DNA of 64,000 nt from contig OZ024747.1 in NCBI GenBank assembly GCA_964016885.1, positions 86,800,001 to 86,864,000 of the forward strand. The letters run 5' to 3'. Shown in pieces: positions 35,786 through 51,171 of this stretch; position 1 is the first letter of the stretch; every line of letters begins with the position of its first letter. The notes under the pieces were generated by a model. The model did no database searches. It saw only the letters and a program-made list of their open reading frames with translations, and was not told the origin of the DNA. The translations under genes were made by a program, and so were the position numbers. The stretch comes from Eledone cirrhosa (taxonomy: Eukaryota).

Positions 35786-37204
35786 TGAATTAGTAGTTGA
35801 GGTGGCATTTAAACTGGCCGTATCCGGCCATCATTCTCTAACCTCTTTCTGTTCAATTTGGCTGTAACTAGCCACTCATATTAAGGTATTCTTCTCAAAA
35901 TAAATAATATCAAAATCTCATAGATTCGATATTATGTGAGATAATTATTTGAGGTAAAGCTTTTACCCTATAAATACAATATTCAATATAGAATAATGTA
36001 AATGTCAAAGGGTTAATTTTATGTGATGAGTTGTGGTGACTGGGCGTCTGCAAATGATTGCTTTTTGTTAGTGCCGTGTTATATTCGTAACATTTTAGAT
36101 ATGTGATGGGTTGTTCTGATAGATGATTATTTATGAACATTGTAGTTGTTTAACCTCAGTTCTATCAGTTCTGGTCATTAGTGGCTATTTCTTGCAAAGC
36201 GAGAAACTGTATAAAAGCAATTTCTTTTCTTAATTTGTATTGTAGATGGTGCTTATGGTACGCGGGAAAATGACAGAAGATAGGAGAGGGTAATAAAATG
36301 GACAGATGTGCTTCTTAACATCTAGGCTGATGTCTGGCATTTGTAATTCAACTTTACCGATATCGCTATTAACCTTCTTAATGTATGGGATTAACAATCT
36401 AATTATTAAAAATAACTAGCAGAAAAACCACCCTTCTGGTAGTTTTCTGCTAGCATGTGTAATGTGCATATTGATATTATACGCAAGTATATATGCATGT
36501 AGATATGATATGTTGTATTACAATACGTGTGATTGACTATTCCATAGTCAGTCACACGTATTGTAATACAACATTGACTGTACATGTAATTATTTTGTTT
36601 CTCTTCTCCCATATATGAAATAAACCTTTGTCGGTTTTGAATATTCCAGTTGTTTGAACAGCGGAACAGTCTTCTCAAGAAATGAACATCTAAATGACAG
36701 AACATTCCATAAACACATGTGCCCATAACGCAATTCACAGGGAGATTCAGCGAAAAATATCTCGGTAAAAGGACTGGCCCTTGGAATTATTACACGTACA
36801 GTCTATCTTGCATTATAATGAGTGTAGCTGACCATTCCATAATTGGGTTTTAATCATAATATCGCGTTGCCCTAATCCTATTGTGTGAAAGTGGGTGTAT
36901 GGAAACTATGTGGAAGTCATTCAAATAGACTATAAATGTTATTCAAGGTGGGAACTTTGTCATGCACCGAGGGTTTCTAGAAATTACGTTAAATGTACGG
37001 GTGTTATAGGTATTCTCAACCACTTACACATACAATTCAATTATTTAGAAGTTCTGTTGATTAAACAAAGGGAATAATAATTATCGAAACCAATAAACTC
37101 CATTTGAAAAGGTGTGGAAGCTTCGATTGAGATATTGTGAGAATACACGAATGCAGCTAATCTAAATGTTCTATAATGAGATTAGCATCTGTGTATAATG
37201 AAGT

Positions 37205-37246
37205 ATATATAACTATATAACTATATAACTATATAACTATATAACT
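37205..37246. repeat. (TATATAAC)n 8-mer tandem
   Basis: About five consecutive units. Confidence 0.85.
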
Positions 37247-40200
37247 CTTGTCATAGAGTTTACTACATGACGTTAAAAGTATTGGAGATATCGTTAGGCT
37301 CGTTTTGCCTAACATTTCTGTGATAAGATATATTGAGACGATTTAATCTCACAGATTCACTGAATTGATAGCTATTTTTAGTTAAAAATACCTTATACTA
37401 AACATTTTGTTGTTGACAAAAGTTTAAACAACAATTTGTTTACGGGAAGATGTGCTTTATCTGCTTAAGGAAGTGTAAGTTTGAAAGAAGTAACTGGGGT
37501 TCTCATAATTTAGAAAAATTAATGGTCATAAATGTTTTAGGAAAATCCATACAATGCAAATAAAGGAGTAAAAATCACAGTTATAAGTTTTCTCACAGAC
37601 TTCATATTTCAGATTTAAATCTTTCTTTACAGAAGAAGAACATGAGGTGTGATGGTAGCAAGCTGGAATTGTTTGACGAGGAAATAAAATCCGCTTAAAA
37701 TAGGTTTGCCGGTAAATATCTTCTATGATCTTCGTTATATTTGTGATAATATCTGGTTTCATGGGTCACCCATTTATTGCAATATATGTTTTTTATCATT
37801 ATGGTCACATTTCAAAATAATTTTCAACCAGCATGATAAATCTTTTTTACAAGGCAATTTATGACGTATCTAAAGCTTCCCACTCATATTCCTGCGTTAG
37901 TTGTATTTTGAGATCTTATCCACCGAGATTTGCTCCGTCAGGAATCCAGAAAACAAGAACCAATAACTCTGATTTATATTTCATCCTAAATATCAACATA
38001 TATATCATATTCATATCATTTCATCATTTTACTGGTTATTACATTTTGATTCACACTTAAACTTGCAAAGGTGCCAGCTTTTCCAACAAGTACAGCATAC
38101 TACTGTTCAATTCAGCAACACTGTAGATATTTATTAAAGTGGGTGCCGTACAATAACAAGATTTGCTCATGTTCCTTGACGTCTGCTTATGACACATACA
38201 ACGTAAACATGCGATACTTTCATAGGGAATCGATATAAACTATATGTATACATTCGCTGTACACGACTACAGTTATTACGCCTTCTTAAAAGCAAAATCA
38301 ATCCCACTCAATCCATATAAACGTACAAAGGTTAAACATACATGAATAGCAGCAGTATACATAAACATATAAGCCATATATCTTCTTCACTTTGTGTTAT
38401 AATCCAACTAACTAGAGTGATAATATTATACCTTCCTAAACATATAAAATCTGAGTGGAATGGGGAGGAAAACATGCCACTACTACCATGCTGCATCCAA
38501 TAAAATAATTCTGTATTGGCTTACATAATGTAGAGGTTACGCTATATCTATGTCAATTCATGTGTTTTTTTCGCTAAAACCTTCGGCTGGCAGCCTACAT
38601 CATATGCCCTGCTCGTTCAGGGCCAATCTATGTTTAAAGAATAATATCAAGAACAATAACCTCCTTCAAATAATAATTTCTTATTTAGGAATAAGGCTTA
38701 ACAGTTTTTAATGATATAATGATATATTTTCCTAAGGCACTAATGAGGAAAGTGGCTAACTAGAATATTATTTCTTATGAGCTACTGGAATTTGTTCCTG
38801 CTCTCTGTTCTCTAAGTATGAATCACACCGGAGTCAACTTTATCTTCCATCCATTTGGGGTCGATAAAATAACGATTAGCAGAATTGCTAGAGTCTAATA
38901 CAGCACCTTTTATATTGAGTGCTTGTGGGGTGGGGCACAATTAATCAGTCACCACTACATCCTGGTATTATTTTAGCGGATTTCATTCTGTTATAACCAT
39001 TAAAACCACGTGTTCATGCTGTGGACACCTTACCCCCACCCTACCTTTTTCCACACCAGTATTGCATACTTATAAAAGATAAAGTGTCATTTGTGCTACC
39101 ATTCCTTTTTTTACTATTACAGTAAAATAAATAAAAACCGGAACGAATTTAGTTTGGAATCGTTATCCTATCATATCTTCGATTGCTAAAGTTTTAAACA
39201 AACTGTATTACCATGTTACTCGCGACAGAAATATTTCACTGAAGAGTATCCTCTATATATTACTGATAGTTAAAATATTATTACCATATTTGCCATCATA
39301 ACTAATATCCTATACACCAGTATTATCCTTTGGTATAAAAGTGGTCGATTGACAGAATCGTTAGAGCATCGGTGTAGCGACTTTAGATTGCCCGCAATTC
39401 ATTTTACTCTCTGGAAACACCAATTTGCTTTCAGATTACGAGGTAGTGGAAGGTTAAATCGATTTAAAGTTATGCATAACACCAGTAGTTTGAACGGGAT
39501 TTCATCTGCCACTTTGATTTCAGATTATCTCTTGAAATCATTAAAAAATGTTCTTATTATCAAGAGTTATTATTATGATTTCTTTTTATTGACCGCAAGA
39601 ACGCGCGATGTTTTAAAATATAAAGAAAGTGTGGTGACAATTCTTTGTAAACGCTTCACGTAATGCAGACAAACAAATTGGCTTCCGTCACCACATATAT
39701 ATATATATATGTATATATAGTTAACAACAAAATTAGATGATGTGGTTGTGTACATTTCGCCTACCTCTTCGAAGAATCGCCAGTGAAAGAAAAGTTTTGA
39801 ATTTATTTCTCACTAAATGAAATGTTATGCCAAAGGAGAATGTTTCCAGATTCCAAATCTCTGATATTCAAAACCCATTAATTTAATATAAATATTTTAA
39901 AAATAAAGTGTAACAAAAATGTTAATTGTAACATTTTTTTGTGATATTTTTCATATTTTCACATCTTGCGAGTAATTATCAATGTAGTATGTGACAAGTG
40001 TTTTACAAAATAAACGTATCTTGACTTGTACATGTTAGAATTTATGATTTCAGTTATATCTGTGTGTGAGATGTGAAGAACATTGTGGAGAATTTTGTAA
40101 TTAGGTTTGGAAGTGATTTCAGATTCCCGGGAGGTAACATGAAATTAGGGGTGGCTTGGAATCTTTACACCGATATTTAGTTAGGATTCTTTACATTTCT

Positions 40201-41911
40201 AACCTTATATCCTGCCGAATTCGGCTTTATCTTCCATCTTCCTGAGGTCAACAGGATAAAGTACCAATCAAGTACTGGGATGAATGTAATTGACGTGTTT
40301 CTCTCCACAAATATATTTTTGTCAGTTGTTAAGTTTTGCGATGAAAGATTCAAAGGCAAACCAATCTAAACAGAATATTTGAACGCACAAAAATATCCAA
40401 TAAATATTCATATGATGGGACGGAACTTCCGTAAGTAAACAGTCATAGACACAAACAAAAGAATCCTAATAACAGCTATTTCAGTATCCAATACTCATAG
40501 TTCTCTTCTCTTTTCTTCCTTTCTTTCTTGTGTTTATATTTTATATTCTTTCATTATATTCTTTAAGTAGAAATATTATAATAGTTGAATGTGTGTTATC
40601 TAATTTTACTATCATTATGATACCGAGACAATAATAGGGTGTTTACCCGCAATGTTTAAGTGTTCACATCCTCGATAGGAATTGTGTAAATGAGACGAAT
40701 ATCATAAATATATTTTCCATTCATAATTCGACTATTTCTCGTTACCCACTGTCTGAATTGACGTAATAATTCAAGAAACTAATGCTTTACCTTCACACAT
40801 TGGCTTTTTTACACTCAAATTAATGAAATGATTTACTTGACACTATATTAACTATGCGTGTGGTGTTTTAAACATTTTGATACCAAACCATCTGAAACGA
40901 ACCCAATCAATGTTTTAAAGTGTTAGTTTATTTATATAGTTAAAACTATTCCATCATGATTATATGTAAGAGCTTCTGTTGATTTATGTTCCAAATACTA
41001 GATTTACAACGAGCACGTTAATTATATTCCTAAATCCATCCACAATCTTGATTATTTAAAACATTATTTAAATAATAAAGATTGAGCCTTTCATTAGAAA
41101 TATAGTAACGAAAGAATTAGATATGTCTGATAAAATCAGTTTTCTTAATATAATCTTCACTGTTATAGGCAACGGAAAATATAATTTAAGTTTACACATA
41201 GTCTCCCGTCCACACCACAACTTCGGTAAGCAACTAAAGCCATTGAGAATGATTTGATCATTACAAACTCTGATACTTCTGTTTAACTTGAGCTTCAGTC
41301 ATGTTGATTTGTTTTCTTCCTTTTTGTGACATATATTCGTTTCAATCTATGAGGATTTGATTATTCTGTAGATCAGATAGATAGATATTTCTTCACCTCT
41401 GCCAGAAATTAACGAGGTATGACCTGCTGGAAATGAATGAATCATTCATTTCCATCAGGTCAAAAATATTACCAACGAATAACGAACTTTGTAACATTAC
41501 TTTGTTTCTTTAATCATTCACAAATTAAATCATGCGCTGAATTCTTAATGTATAGCACAAACTCAAATCAATATTTCCCGAAATTAAACAGCGTTTGCTA
41601 ATAAACAAAAGTGAATATCCTTTAGTAATAATATACATATATACGTATATGTGAGTTTGTATATTGGAGCATGACGGAATACAACAACAACATAACGAAG
41701 GAGGATACGTGAAAGTAGAATGATGCCAAAGTAAAAACACTTTAGGATTGGTCGCCATAATCAACATTTGCGAGTGAATTGAAATCATTAAAGAAATCGT
41801 TAAGAGTGATGCGCCAAATACTTCATCGATATTTTGGAGAATAGCATACACATTTTCCTCTTAATGATTTGCATTTCCAGTCTATAAGTGATTGTTCAGT
41901 TTATATATCAT

Positions 41912-42106
41912 CAGACCTGTCAACTGTCCCCGTCGGACGAGGAGATCTCCCGCCCACCTCGGGGTGGGTGAGAGATGTCTTCTCTTGTGAAAATGGGTAT
42001 AGCTTTGATTATGTAAAATCTCCCCATTTTGCCTCATTTCCCCCCGTTTTGGAGCATTTCTTTTCATGGTACTCCCCGTTTGGGTTTTTAGAGGTTGGCA
42101 GGTCTG
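41912..42106. mobile_element. MITE with 13-bp terminal inverted repeats
   Basis: CAGACCTGTCAAC ... GTTGGCAGGTCTG, with flanks atatcat / atataat (possible 7-bp TSD). Confidence 0.7.
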
Positions 42107-43197
42107 ATATAATAGTTTTCTTGTTGATTTCATCGCGGACCCTATAACTAAATTAATAAAAATAAAAATAAAAATAACGTGATAAGATTTTTTCGGAGAA
42201 CTTTCATATCCCAGATCAAAGTAAATGCAGACTTTTTATTTTATTTAAACTGCAGGTAAAAATGTCGGATAAAAAGCCGTTTATATATGTCGTGTAACAT
42301 TCATAAAAATTACTGCAACGCAGAACTTTTCTACTCCAGTCTGCTCGGTGCTTCCATTTCTTATGGGGGAAATAAGAGATCAATGATAATTTAGATTCAA
42401 AGGAAAACAGTTCATCAGAAACTTATTTCTCATAGATACACAGCGTTATTCTTCTCTCTTTAATTTATTGTAATTGTTTGTTTTTTATATATTTGTTGGT
42501 TTATGAGGATTCACTTCATACCCCCCCCCCCCCTCCGTTAACATCTTCAATATGTGAACCATTCCGGCTGGCAAGAAAAAAGAAGTTGACACATATTCGA
42601 TTAAAATTAAATGTAGTCAGAGAACTTGATATTTCTGCAGTTAGAAAGGTTCATATCTCTGTACTTCTGTTAAACTACTCGTCCGTTTCTGTTTAGTGTT
42701 GATCAGGACGAGTGGAAAAACCACATTCCAACACATTTTCAGCCGATAGAAGAATTGGTTTGACTAATGATTTTATTTTCTTCGTTCTACAATGCAACCG
42801 ATGGCTTCAAAAATCTGACTATTATAGTGGGATTTTGTGTATTTTCTTAATAAAGATATTGTTGTGCTCTAGTTATTGTGATTGTTATTCATGATGGTGT
42901 AGTCGTTGCTATATTTTAATGATATTATTGTCGTTACCATAGCTGCTAATCCTAAATATCTAAATTGGTGTTTTTCCTACCAATATAAATGGTGACAGTA
43001 ATTTAAAGTCGAGAATCTGTTGGTTAACATATAGGTTTGAATCCAAAATTTAGAATTTGTGTACTTAGAAGAGAAAGTCGAAGCCAAATAGTCTTTCTAT
43101 GCGACAACTGAAATGATCAATCAACAATTAATTTGAAGAATAACTTAGAAACCATATTGTCTCAATTGTGTGACACAGACTGAATAAAAATTACTGA

Positions 43198-43375
43198 TTT
43201 AGGCACAAGGCCAGCAGTGTATTACTGGTACTTTATTTTATCGACCCCGTAAGGATGAAAGTCAAAGCTAACCTCGGCGGAATTTGGATTCAGAACGTAA
43301 AGGGCCCTAACTCTCTGCCATGAAGCAGGGTATCCGACGCTCTACTGATACTGCCAATCCACCATCCACCGCCCT
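43198..43375 (-). mobile_element. OK-like SINE
   Basis: aggcacaaggccagc...gatactgccaatccacc. Confidence 0.85.
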
Positions 43376-44001
43376 AAACAGACTAAATAATGAAAGGATA
43401 CTATTACAACTAACAAATGCAAAATAAATGCAATCATTGCGGTTTTATCTCGCATGTTATTTTTAGAACATTGATTATTTGTTCATCTGGTAACGAACAA
43501 ACGGAACATCTGGTAACGAACGTCTCTTAGTAATGACAATCATTGCAACGAAATTTCTTGTTATTCTAATATTCTAATATTATGATGTTAACGAACGATT
43601 TCCATAAAACATAACAAATGAAAAACTAAGGTAACGTTTCTCAACTTCAGTATAGGGCTTACACAGGCAAACACACACCAATGTGTTTCCTCTTAATTTT
43701 TTTAACATCCCCCAATATATATTTTAAATTGAGGTAGTAACGAAAGAATTTTATAACTACTTAGCTTCTTTAACAAATAGTCTACTGCATCCAATAGTAA
43801 AACTTACTTTCAATGGCACACGATTGCAAGTATTCAGAGGTCATCTTTGAAATAATTATTCAGGAGGAATTCAATTAGCTACTGATATTTTTAAAAGATT
43901 TCCATGGTAATTTTATCCAATACTTTGACATCTATCTAGGCAGTATTATATTATATCACGAGTGAAACATAATCTCAAATGAAATAAATAATTGTATACG
44001 C

Positions 44002-44032
<31 letters not shown>

Positions 44033-44065
44033 TGTATGTATGTATGTATGTATGTATGTATGTAT

Positions 44066-44131
44066 GTTATCTCTTTCTCTTAATTAGAGTAAATATTTTT
44101 TTGACCGGCCACCTTCCTGGTGGTAAGGTTG
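44066..44131 (-). mobile_element. ~65-bp extreme 3' end of the R4/Dong-like family at 8345-9830, within (TATG)n
   Basis: tctctttctcttaat...ttttttgaccggccaccttcctggtggtaaggttg matches 8356-8418. Confidence 0.88.
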
Positions 44132-44221
44132 TATGTATGTATGTATGTATGTATGTATGTATGTATGTATGTATTATATATGTATGTATGTATGTATTCA
44201 TGTATGTATTTATGTATGTAT

Positions 44222-44520
44222 GTTCTCCTGGTTTTATAATTTCACAAATGTTTACCAATAGAGAGAGAGTCATTTTCTAACATAGATACAAGACTCTCTC
44301 ATTGGAATTTACACAACATCAACTAGGTAGATTATGTCTGCATGTGTAGATATGGATGTTATTGTATGTGTGGATGTGTATGTTTTGAGTTGTATGTGTG
44401 CATCTGTATATGCTTTGTATCTGTACATATGTATATGCAGTTATTAGATGCAAAATATTTTGAATATTTTACATATTTTTACTGTTCCATTAATGGATTG
44501 TACTTGTAATTTCCTAACTG
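44222..44520 (-). mobile_element. 3' fragment of the R4/Dong-like family at 17275-17682, within (TATG)n
   Basis: Reverse complement of ~17380-17680 (gttaggaaattacaagtacaatccattaatggaacag...). Confidence 0.88.
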
Positions 44521-44560
44521 TATGTATGTATGTATGCATGTATGTATGTATGTATGTATG

Positions 44561-44603
<43 letters not shown>

Positions 44604-46489
44604 CATAGATAGAAATATATACTATCTCATATATATTTCTATCTATGCCTATATCTAAATTCACATTCAAAAGACGCACCCTTGAATATATGTATATGCG
44701 TGTCTGTATGTCTGTGTGAGAGAGAGAGAGCGGGAGAGAAAGAGAGATTCGCCCACACACAATCTCACACACATATATATATATATGTATTTATAATAAT
44801 ATATGTGTATGTAAATGTACACAAACAAAAATTAGCTCACACACAAGCATGTGAGAATCAGTTCACACACACATCCATATAGCCATAAGCCACACGTGCT
44901 CACACGCAAGAATTTTAGATGGGAATATATAGACGATCTTACACGTTAATGGCTGTATGAATACATCTATTTTTTTATTTTTAAACAATTTACTTTATAA
45001 AAAAATAATATGTTGCGTAGAATACAACATAATACTTTTCAATCATCTGAAACCCGATGTCTCAGAAGTCTTATACCAGTGTTTTATTTTTACACTATTG
45101 GTCATTCATCCATGACTAATCGAGGGATGAAAATTGCGTGGATCGTTGTTACTGTTATGGCCTTGTCCTTGTTCCCCTAAATATGAAATATAATGTCCAT
45201 CCCGTGATTGGAGCGCAAAACATATTTGAACATCCGACCGATATAAAGTGAACGCTGTTAGGTAACAATTTTTATAGAAATAGTTGAGTGCGCAGCCTCT
45301 TGTGATACCCCGTAGCCAAAAAATATCATCGTTTGCTTCAATATCTCAGTAAATACGATCATGATCACAGTAACATTACTCTGGTTTAAATTCACGTGTT
45401 ACTTGATGCTAAAGAGAAAGACATTTTAATGGAATGATGTACGGCAAGATCAGTCTGTAAAGTTTTAGTTTTAGTAGTTTTTATCTTATTCCAGAAACAT
45501 CACTTATTATATGCTGTAAAGTATTAGCGTCGTATAATAACAGAATTTAGCGGTTCAATCAGAATTGATAACGCTATTCACGTCACCTAGTTTTTGTTAT
45601 TAGATCTCATTTATTAGATGCCAATATTACTAATACCTCTAGGATCGGGAGGGAGTCTTTAAACAAATATGAACATTCGTATCTAATGAAATAAACTAAA
45701 ACTAGTTCTATTAAACTGAGAATTGTTAGATTAAAAATCATATATAGAGTTTTGATCTCAGTACAATTTAACTATTCCACAATACACTGGACAGCTTAAA
45801 GCTTGAATCAAATAAAAATGAGTGAAATGTGAAATATTTGCATGCTACCTGCTCTATCATTCAATACAAGGAAAATACTATTTTGCAATAAATGAAACTT
45901 GTACTTTAAATTACATTCATAGAAAAGGAAAAAAAACATTAGACCAGTTATCTAAAATTATTTGTTTGTTTCTCCTCGTATTTTAACTAAAGAAAAACTC
46001 GACAAAAATATTTGTTTGGAAGGTATGATAAAACTTGAAGATTTATTTTCTTTTCTTTATAGTCATCAGACTCTCATTTGCATTTATTTTCTTTATGTTC
46101 TGCTACCGTATACTATTACTCGGCTTCAGACTAGAAAATATATAGTTAAAATGACAATGATAAACATACTGTTATATAAAAAAGGCTGATGCTGACTTTT
46201 CTCAAACATATTCCAATGAACAGGAAGGAAGGCAGTACATACAAGTACCATGTAGTGATTTAACATATATAATAGAAAATACTTATCTAATACCTTTTAT
46301 TTTCTTTACTATTGCAATGAATATTCTTCACATTATAATGACACAAGAAAAGGTAATTTATCATCATGGCAACTTATTTCATGATTTATTATATTCCGTT
46401 CAGTTTTTAGCGCTAACGCCAGTCAGCAAATTTTATACTCAATTTTGCACCCAGATGCGGTGAATTCATATTCGACATCGAACAGAATC

Positions 46490-46605
46490 CTTTACGGTAT
46501 TCGTTCTGGTTCCCGGCGCTCTCTGAATTCAAATCCCGCCGAGGTCAAATTTGCGTTTCATCCTTTCAAGATCGATAATAAAATACCAGTACAATACTGG
46601 GGACG
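46490..46605 (+). mobile_element. OK-like SINE fragment
   Basis: ctgaattcaaatcccgccgaggtcaaatttgcgtttcatcc...gataataaaataccagt. Confidence 0.75.
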
Positions 46606-46752
46606 ATTTTTCCTCATTATCTTTTTTTCGCTTCTTCTCCCTTCAAAGTGCCTAATACATATATATATAGAATCAGTAGTACATTAACTGTGTCAAAGAA
46701 TACCTATATCAATACACTCTATATTTCTTAAGTTAAGTATTAAGACGCAGGC

Positions 46753-46795
<43 letters not shown>

Positions 46796-47277
46796 TGTGC
46801 GTATGTACGTGCGTGCGTGTGAGTGTGTGTCTGTGTGTGGCGTGTGTTTGTGTGTGTGTACTTTTAATCAATTAAAATCATTTCGTCCGACGCTCTAAGG
46901 AATCCACCAAACCACAGAATATATTGATGCCTTTCATACACGCACACACAAAAATATGCACATAGGTCTTACTCTATGAATATATCACGCGAGAAATACA
47001 CATGACAGCTTTGAGCTGAATGTAGTAGGTTAATTATAGACAAAATATGTCAAAAATACTAACTAATTATATTCATTTTCTCCTTAGCATTTTATTGTTT
47101 TTGTTAAGTCAGAGAAAATATTTTATGTTTACTTTTGTAAGTTGCCTAAAGATATTTTCCACTTCGTTATTTTAAAGTGTACAAGCAATTACACAGTATA
47201 TTTTTTTCTGTATATTTTTCTATAAATATAAGCTGAAATCGTGTGTATATATCTGTAAAACATGTTCTATTTCTCGC

Positions 47278-47462
47278 TCGGTTAGCAGTATCGGTAGAGA
47301 GTCGGACGCCATGCTTTCCAGCATAGTTACGTCCCTTTATGGACTGAGTTCAAATCCCGCCGAGGTTAACTTTGTCTTTCATCCTTTCGGGGTCGATAAA
47401 ATAAAGTACCAATAATGTACTAGGTATTTCCTGGCCTTGTGCCAAAAATAGAAACAATTAAT
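47278..47462 (+). mobile_element. OK-like SINE
   Basis: ttagcagtatcggtagag...gagttcaaatcccgccgagg...gaaacaatt. Confidence 0.88.
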
Positions 47463-48438
47463 TAGAAATTCTTTTACTACTTAATTCCATTCATTAAGAT
47501 TCTGGGTTCAAATATTTTGAGGTCCCAGAGTATGTTTTATATTTGTTAAGAACTTACATTGTATAAATAAATAACTTTATGATGTATTGTCTGCTTGTGT
47601 GGGATATATGCATAACTCTGCTCTTATGATAATAGATAATAGATAAGTTAAATGAAATATTATTTGTAATATTTAGAATGCATATAAAAAGTGACAAGTG
47701 ACAGTTGGATGCGTGATTACATATATCTAGAACATAAATTGCATCTATGTTCTTCTTATTTTCCCTTGTTGTTAAGTGTCGTGTATGGGCGATCAGATAT
47801 GTGTCTCAAGGTCAGCAATCTATAAGACCTTTAATAAAAAGAAATGATAAATAAAAAATACCGGATTTGGGCATGTCTTCTAGTTGATACAGCACTAGAA
47901 AATAAAATGTATCGCATCTATTGTTTTAACCTATGGGACACAGCAACCCAGGACTATTTATTCATAGCTTATGCAAGGTGGCATTTGGACCACCAAGTAA
48001 AATATTTGAACAAACGTTGAAATATGGTGATGTTTTAAGTTAATCCTATAAAATGTCACATTTATTATATAAATAAATATTACTTCTTCTTAGTCCATAG
48101 GCTGAACAACTTTGAAAATATTAGTGTAGGATTTGATTCATTTAGTATATATCAGTTTCTTTTGTCTTTCATGTTGATATAGATCCTAAAAGGCGTGTGA
48201 CATACATCTTTTCCTCATTGTGGACAGTTGAATTGTAATCGTATTATCGGCTTTCGGAATTCCCTTCAAACATTTGTATTTATACATTTGTAGGAATATA
48301 CATTTTTGACTTTATTACTTATTCATTTATAAGTTTGCAGAGTATATGATTCCGTTTATATTGCAGTTTAATTGGGCATTCCGTTTCAATGTAATTCTTA
48401 CATTAATATATCTTACAAATAGAAGGTAATTTAAGTAA

Positions 48439-49079
48439 TCTCTATATATAAAACTGAGGATGTGTGTGTGTGTGTGTGTGTGTGAATCCCTAAAACTCGA
48501 GAAGTACCCAACCGATCTTTTTCAAACTTTACATGTGTATTACTTATGTTTCAGGAAGTGTTATGCATATATAAAGATTGAACTGTTTGATCCACTAGGG
48601 CCAGCATTAGGTGAAAAACTGCGTTTTTTCAGCTTTATAGGTTTTTTTTGAGGCGTTACATCAGACCTATTTCCTTGAAATTGTAACTATGTATTAGTCA
48701 GTCTCTTCTTCATACCGTGAGCAAAGAAAATCCAGCTTTTCCATAGCTTAGGGCCCGCATTAGGTGAAAAACTTCATTTTTTTCAGCTTTTTAGGGCTCT
48801 TTTGAGGCGTTACGTCTAGCCGATTTCCCCGAAATTTCAAGGCATATTATGCACATAAACAAAAAAATTCATTTTCTTGATCCCTTAGGGCCTGCATTAG
48901 GTGAAAACCTGCATTTTTCCTGCTTCATCGAGGAAAATCTTAAAGATTATGCAGCCATCAGAGTACTATTTTATTTTATTTACATATTGTCCAGGCATGC
49001 AGTTTTTCCACTATTAGGTCTGTTGACGGCCCGCGTTCCAAAATACCTTATCCCGTGCAACGCCGGGTACCACTGCTTG
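48439..49079 (+). mobile_element. Non-autonomous Helitron-like element with internal repeats
   Basis: a|TC start, (GT)n, three tagggccngcattaggtgaaaa repeats, 3' hairpin cccgtgcaacgccggg, then CTTG|t (CTAG variant). Confidence 0.75.
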
Positions 49080-49709
49080 TATATTATAAATGCACGGTGT
49101 ATCACCATAACTAGCTATGATTGCATTTAGGTTCAATAACTTCCGCTTTGATATCGCGGGCCTCCTACGATTAGATTCTTTATCCCTTGGTTGAGAGTAT
49201 CATTTAATCCGAATTAAGTTATGAATATTTTGTCCATGAAACATTCTGATATTAATCTGGATTATATAAAAGACAATCACCTCTTTAAATGGTACCTATT
49301 TCATTAAAAATCTAGCATATTTTAGTTAAGAAGCATCTGTCAAGTTAATATCTCCGTAATGAAATAGAAAATTGTAAAATAAATATTGCAAATTCCCTCA
49401 ATGTTTTAACTATTAATTGAAATATAGCGATCTACCATTAGAAATACGATCACAAAAGGGCTAAACTAAGCCAAGAAATATTTGTAGTGATTATATTTAC
49501 ATTCAGTGTTTTCACTTATGGCGATAACGAAATTTCTAATAAGAAATATATAAATTTAGGAGACGATTGCTGAGCTGCCATATTTACCAAATTCTTCTGT
49601 CAGGTAAAAATCCCAATTTCCATATATAATTAGCTTCTACCTTTTTAGGCGGCAAATTCGAGAATCATAAACACCTGCTCCTAAAAACTAAACACATATA
49701 CATAATGAT

Positions 49710-49763
<54 letters not shown>

Positions 49764-51171
49764 ATCACTTGCATCGTACATAACTTCACCTACACCCAAC
49801 GCTTTATAAACTAAGGTAGCTGCTCTTAGATAATTTTTCATTCCAAGTAATCTCGGGAATGTACAATATCTTATATTGAGTATATTGAACATTATTTTTG
49901 TAACATTTCCTGCCTTCTTTTGAACACGTAAATTTTATTCACAATAAAACTATTACTCTATTTATATGTTACGTTCTACTCTGCTTAATATTTTGAAGTC
50001 TGTCGTTTCAGAGCTCTCTTAATAATATGAAGATATTGTATTTATTCAGCAGGAAACATCTAGCACGTCTGAAAAAGATAAGTCTTTTTTTAAGTGAAAA
50101 AGGCTCGGGGACATTTTGTCTATAAATTTGCTAATGACTCGTGGCGTGGGATATTCGCTTTAAGTTTTGTCACAATGCTCATTATCTATAAGATGTTATG
50201 CTCATTATGGGTGCTTTTTTTTCGGCAATGCTTTACAGCTGGGTGATGTTACTGGTACCGACACTTTCACTCGCCTCTTACGATACACCACTATACAGTT
50301 TAACTATTCTATACCAAATACACAAAGATAACGGTTAGTAATTGTTTAAAGTGGCTCATATATAAATGAAATATTTTAAGGTATCAATGTAGCATATGCT
50401 TGTAAGTAATAGATACCAGTTCAAACATAGCGCAGAGAATTTAGTTGTCTTAACTGATAGGAGATTAATTTGATAGTAAACTTAAAGTCGACTCAATTAA
50501 ATTGACCTAACCTATATTATCTGCAATAGACTAACCAAATGTTCAAACAAAATACGACAATATGGTATTTTAAATTATCTAAAATGAAACCCGACGCAGG
50601 CATTGATGTGTGGTTAAGTTATCATTCAATTAACACCATGAAACTTGAATTATCCTTCAGCCATTAAAGCAAATTGAGACAGAGACATTTTGTTTAGTAT
50701 GTAATTTACACACTAAATTTCCTCTATCAAATATTTGTTTTCCGGCATCATTTACATTTTACACTATGGATGCTAAAATTTCTATAATAATAATAATAAA
50801 ATAGAGTTTGGATGACTGCTCGAATAATTATTCATTATCTACGAAGAAAATTAAAAGAATCACTTATATAAGCTTTAAAAAAATATATATTTCCTTCAAT
50901 AAGATCGAAAGCAAATCTGATACGTTATTTAAATCATGAATATCTGGGTTCGATTCCATTCCATTGCGTGACAATCTAGGCCAAAAGAAATGTGCCATAA
51001 CAGCTGGTTGTATGAGTGGTGATATTGTAGTACTGTTTGGCCCATAAATATAATATTTAAGAACCTGTATGCAAGTTGAAGAGCACTATCAAATATACTT
51101 GTATGTATGCATATATATATCTAAGTCTAAAAGTCTAAAGTCTGTGTAAAGTCGTTTACGGGTTCGATAGG

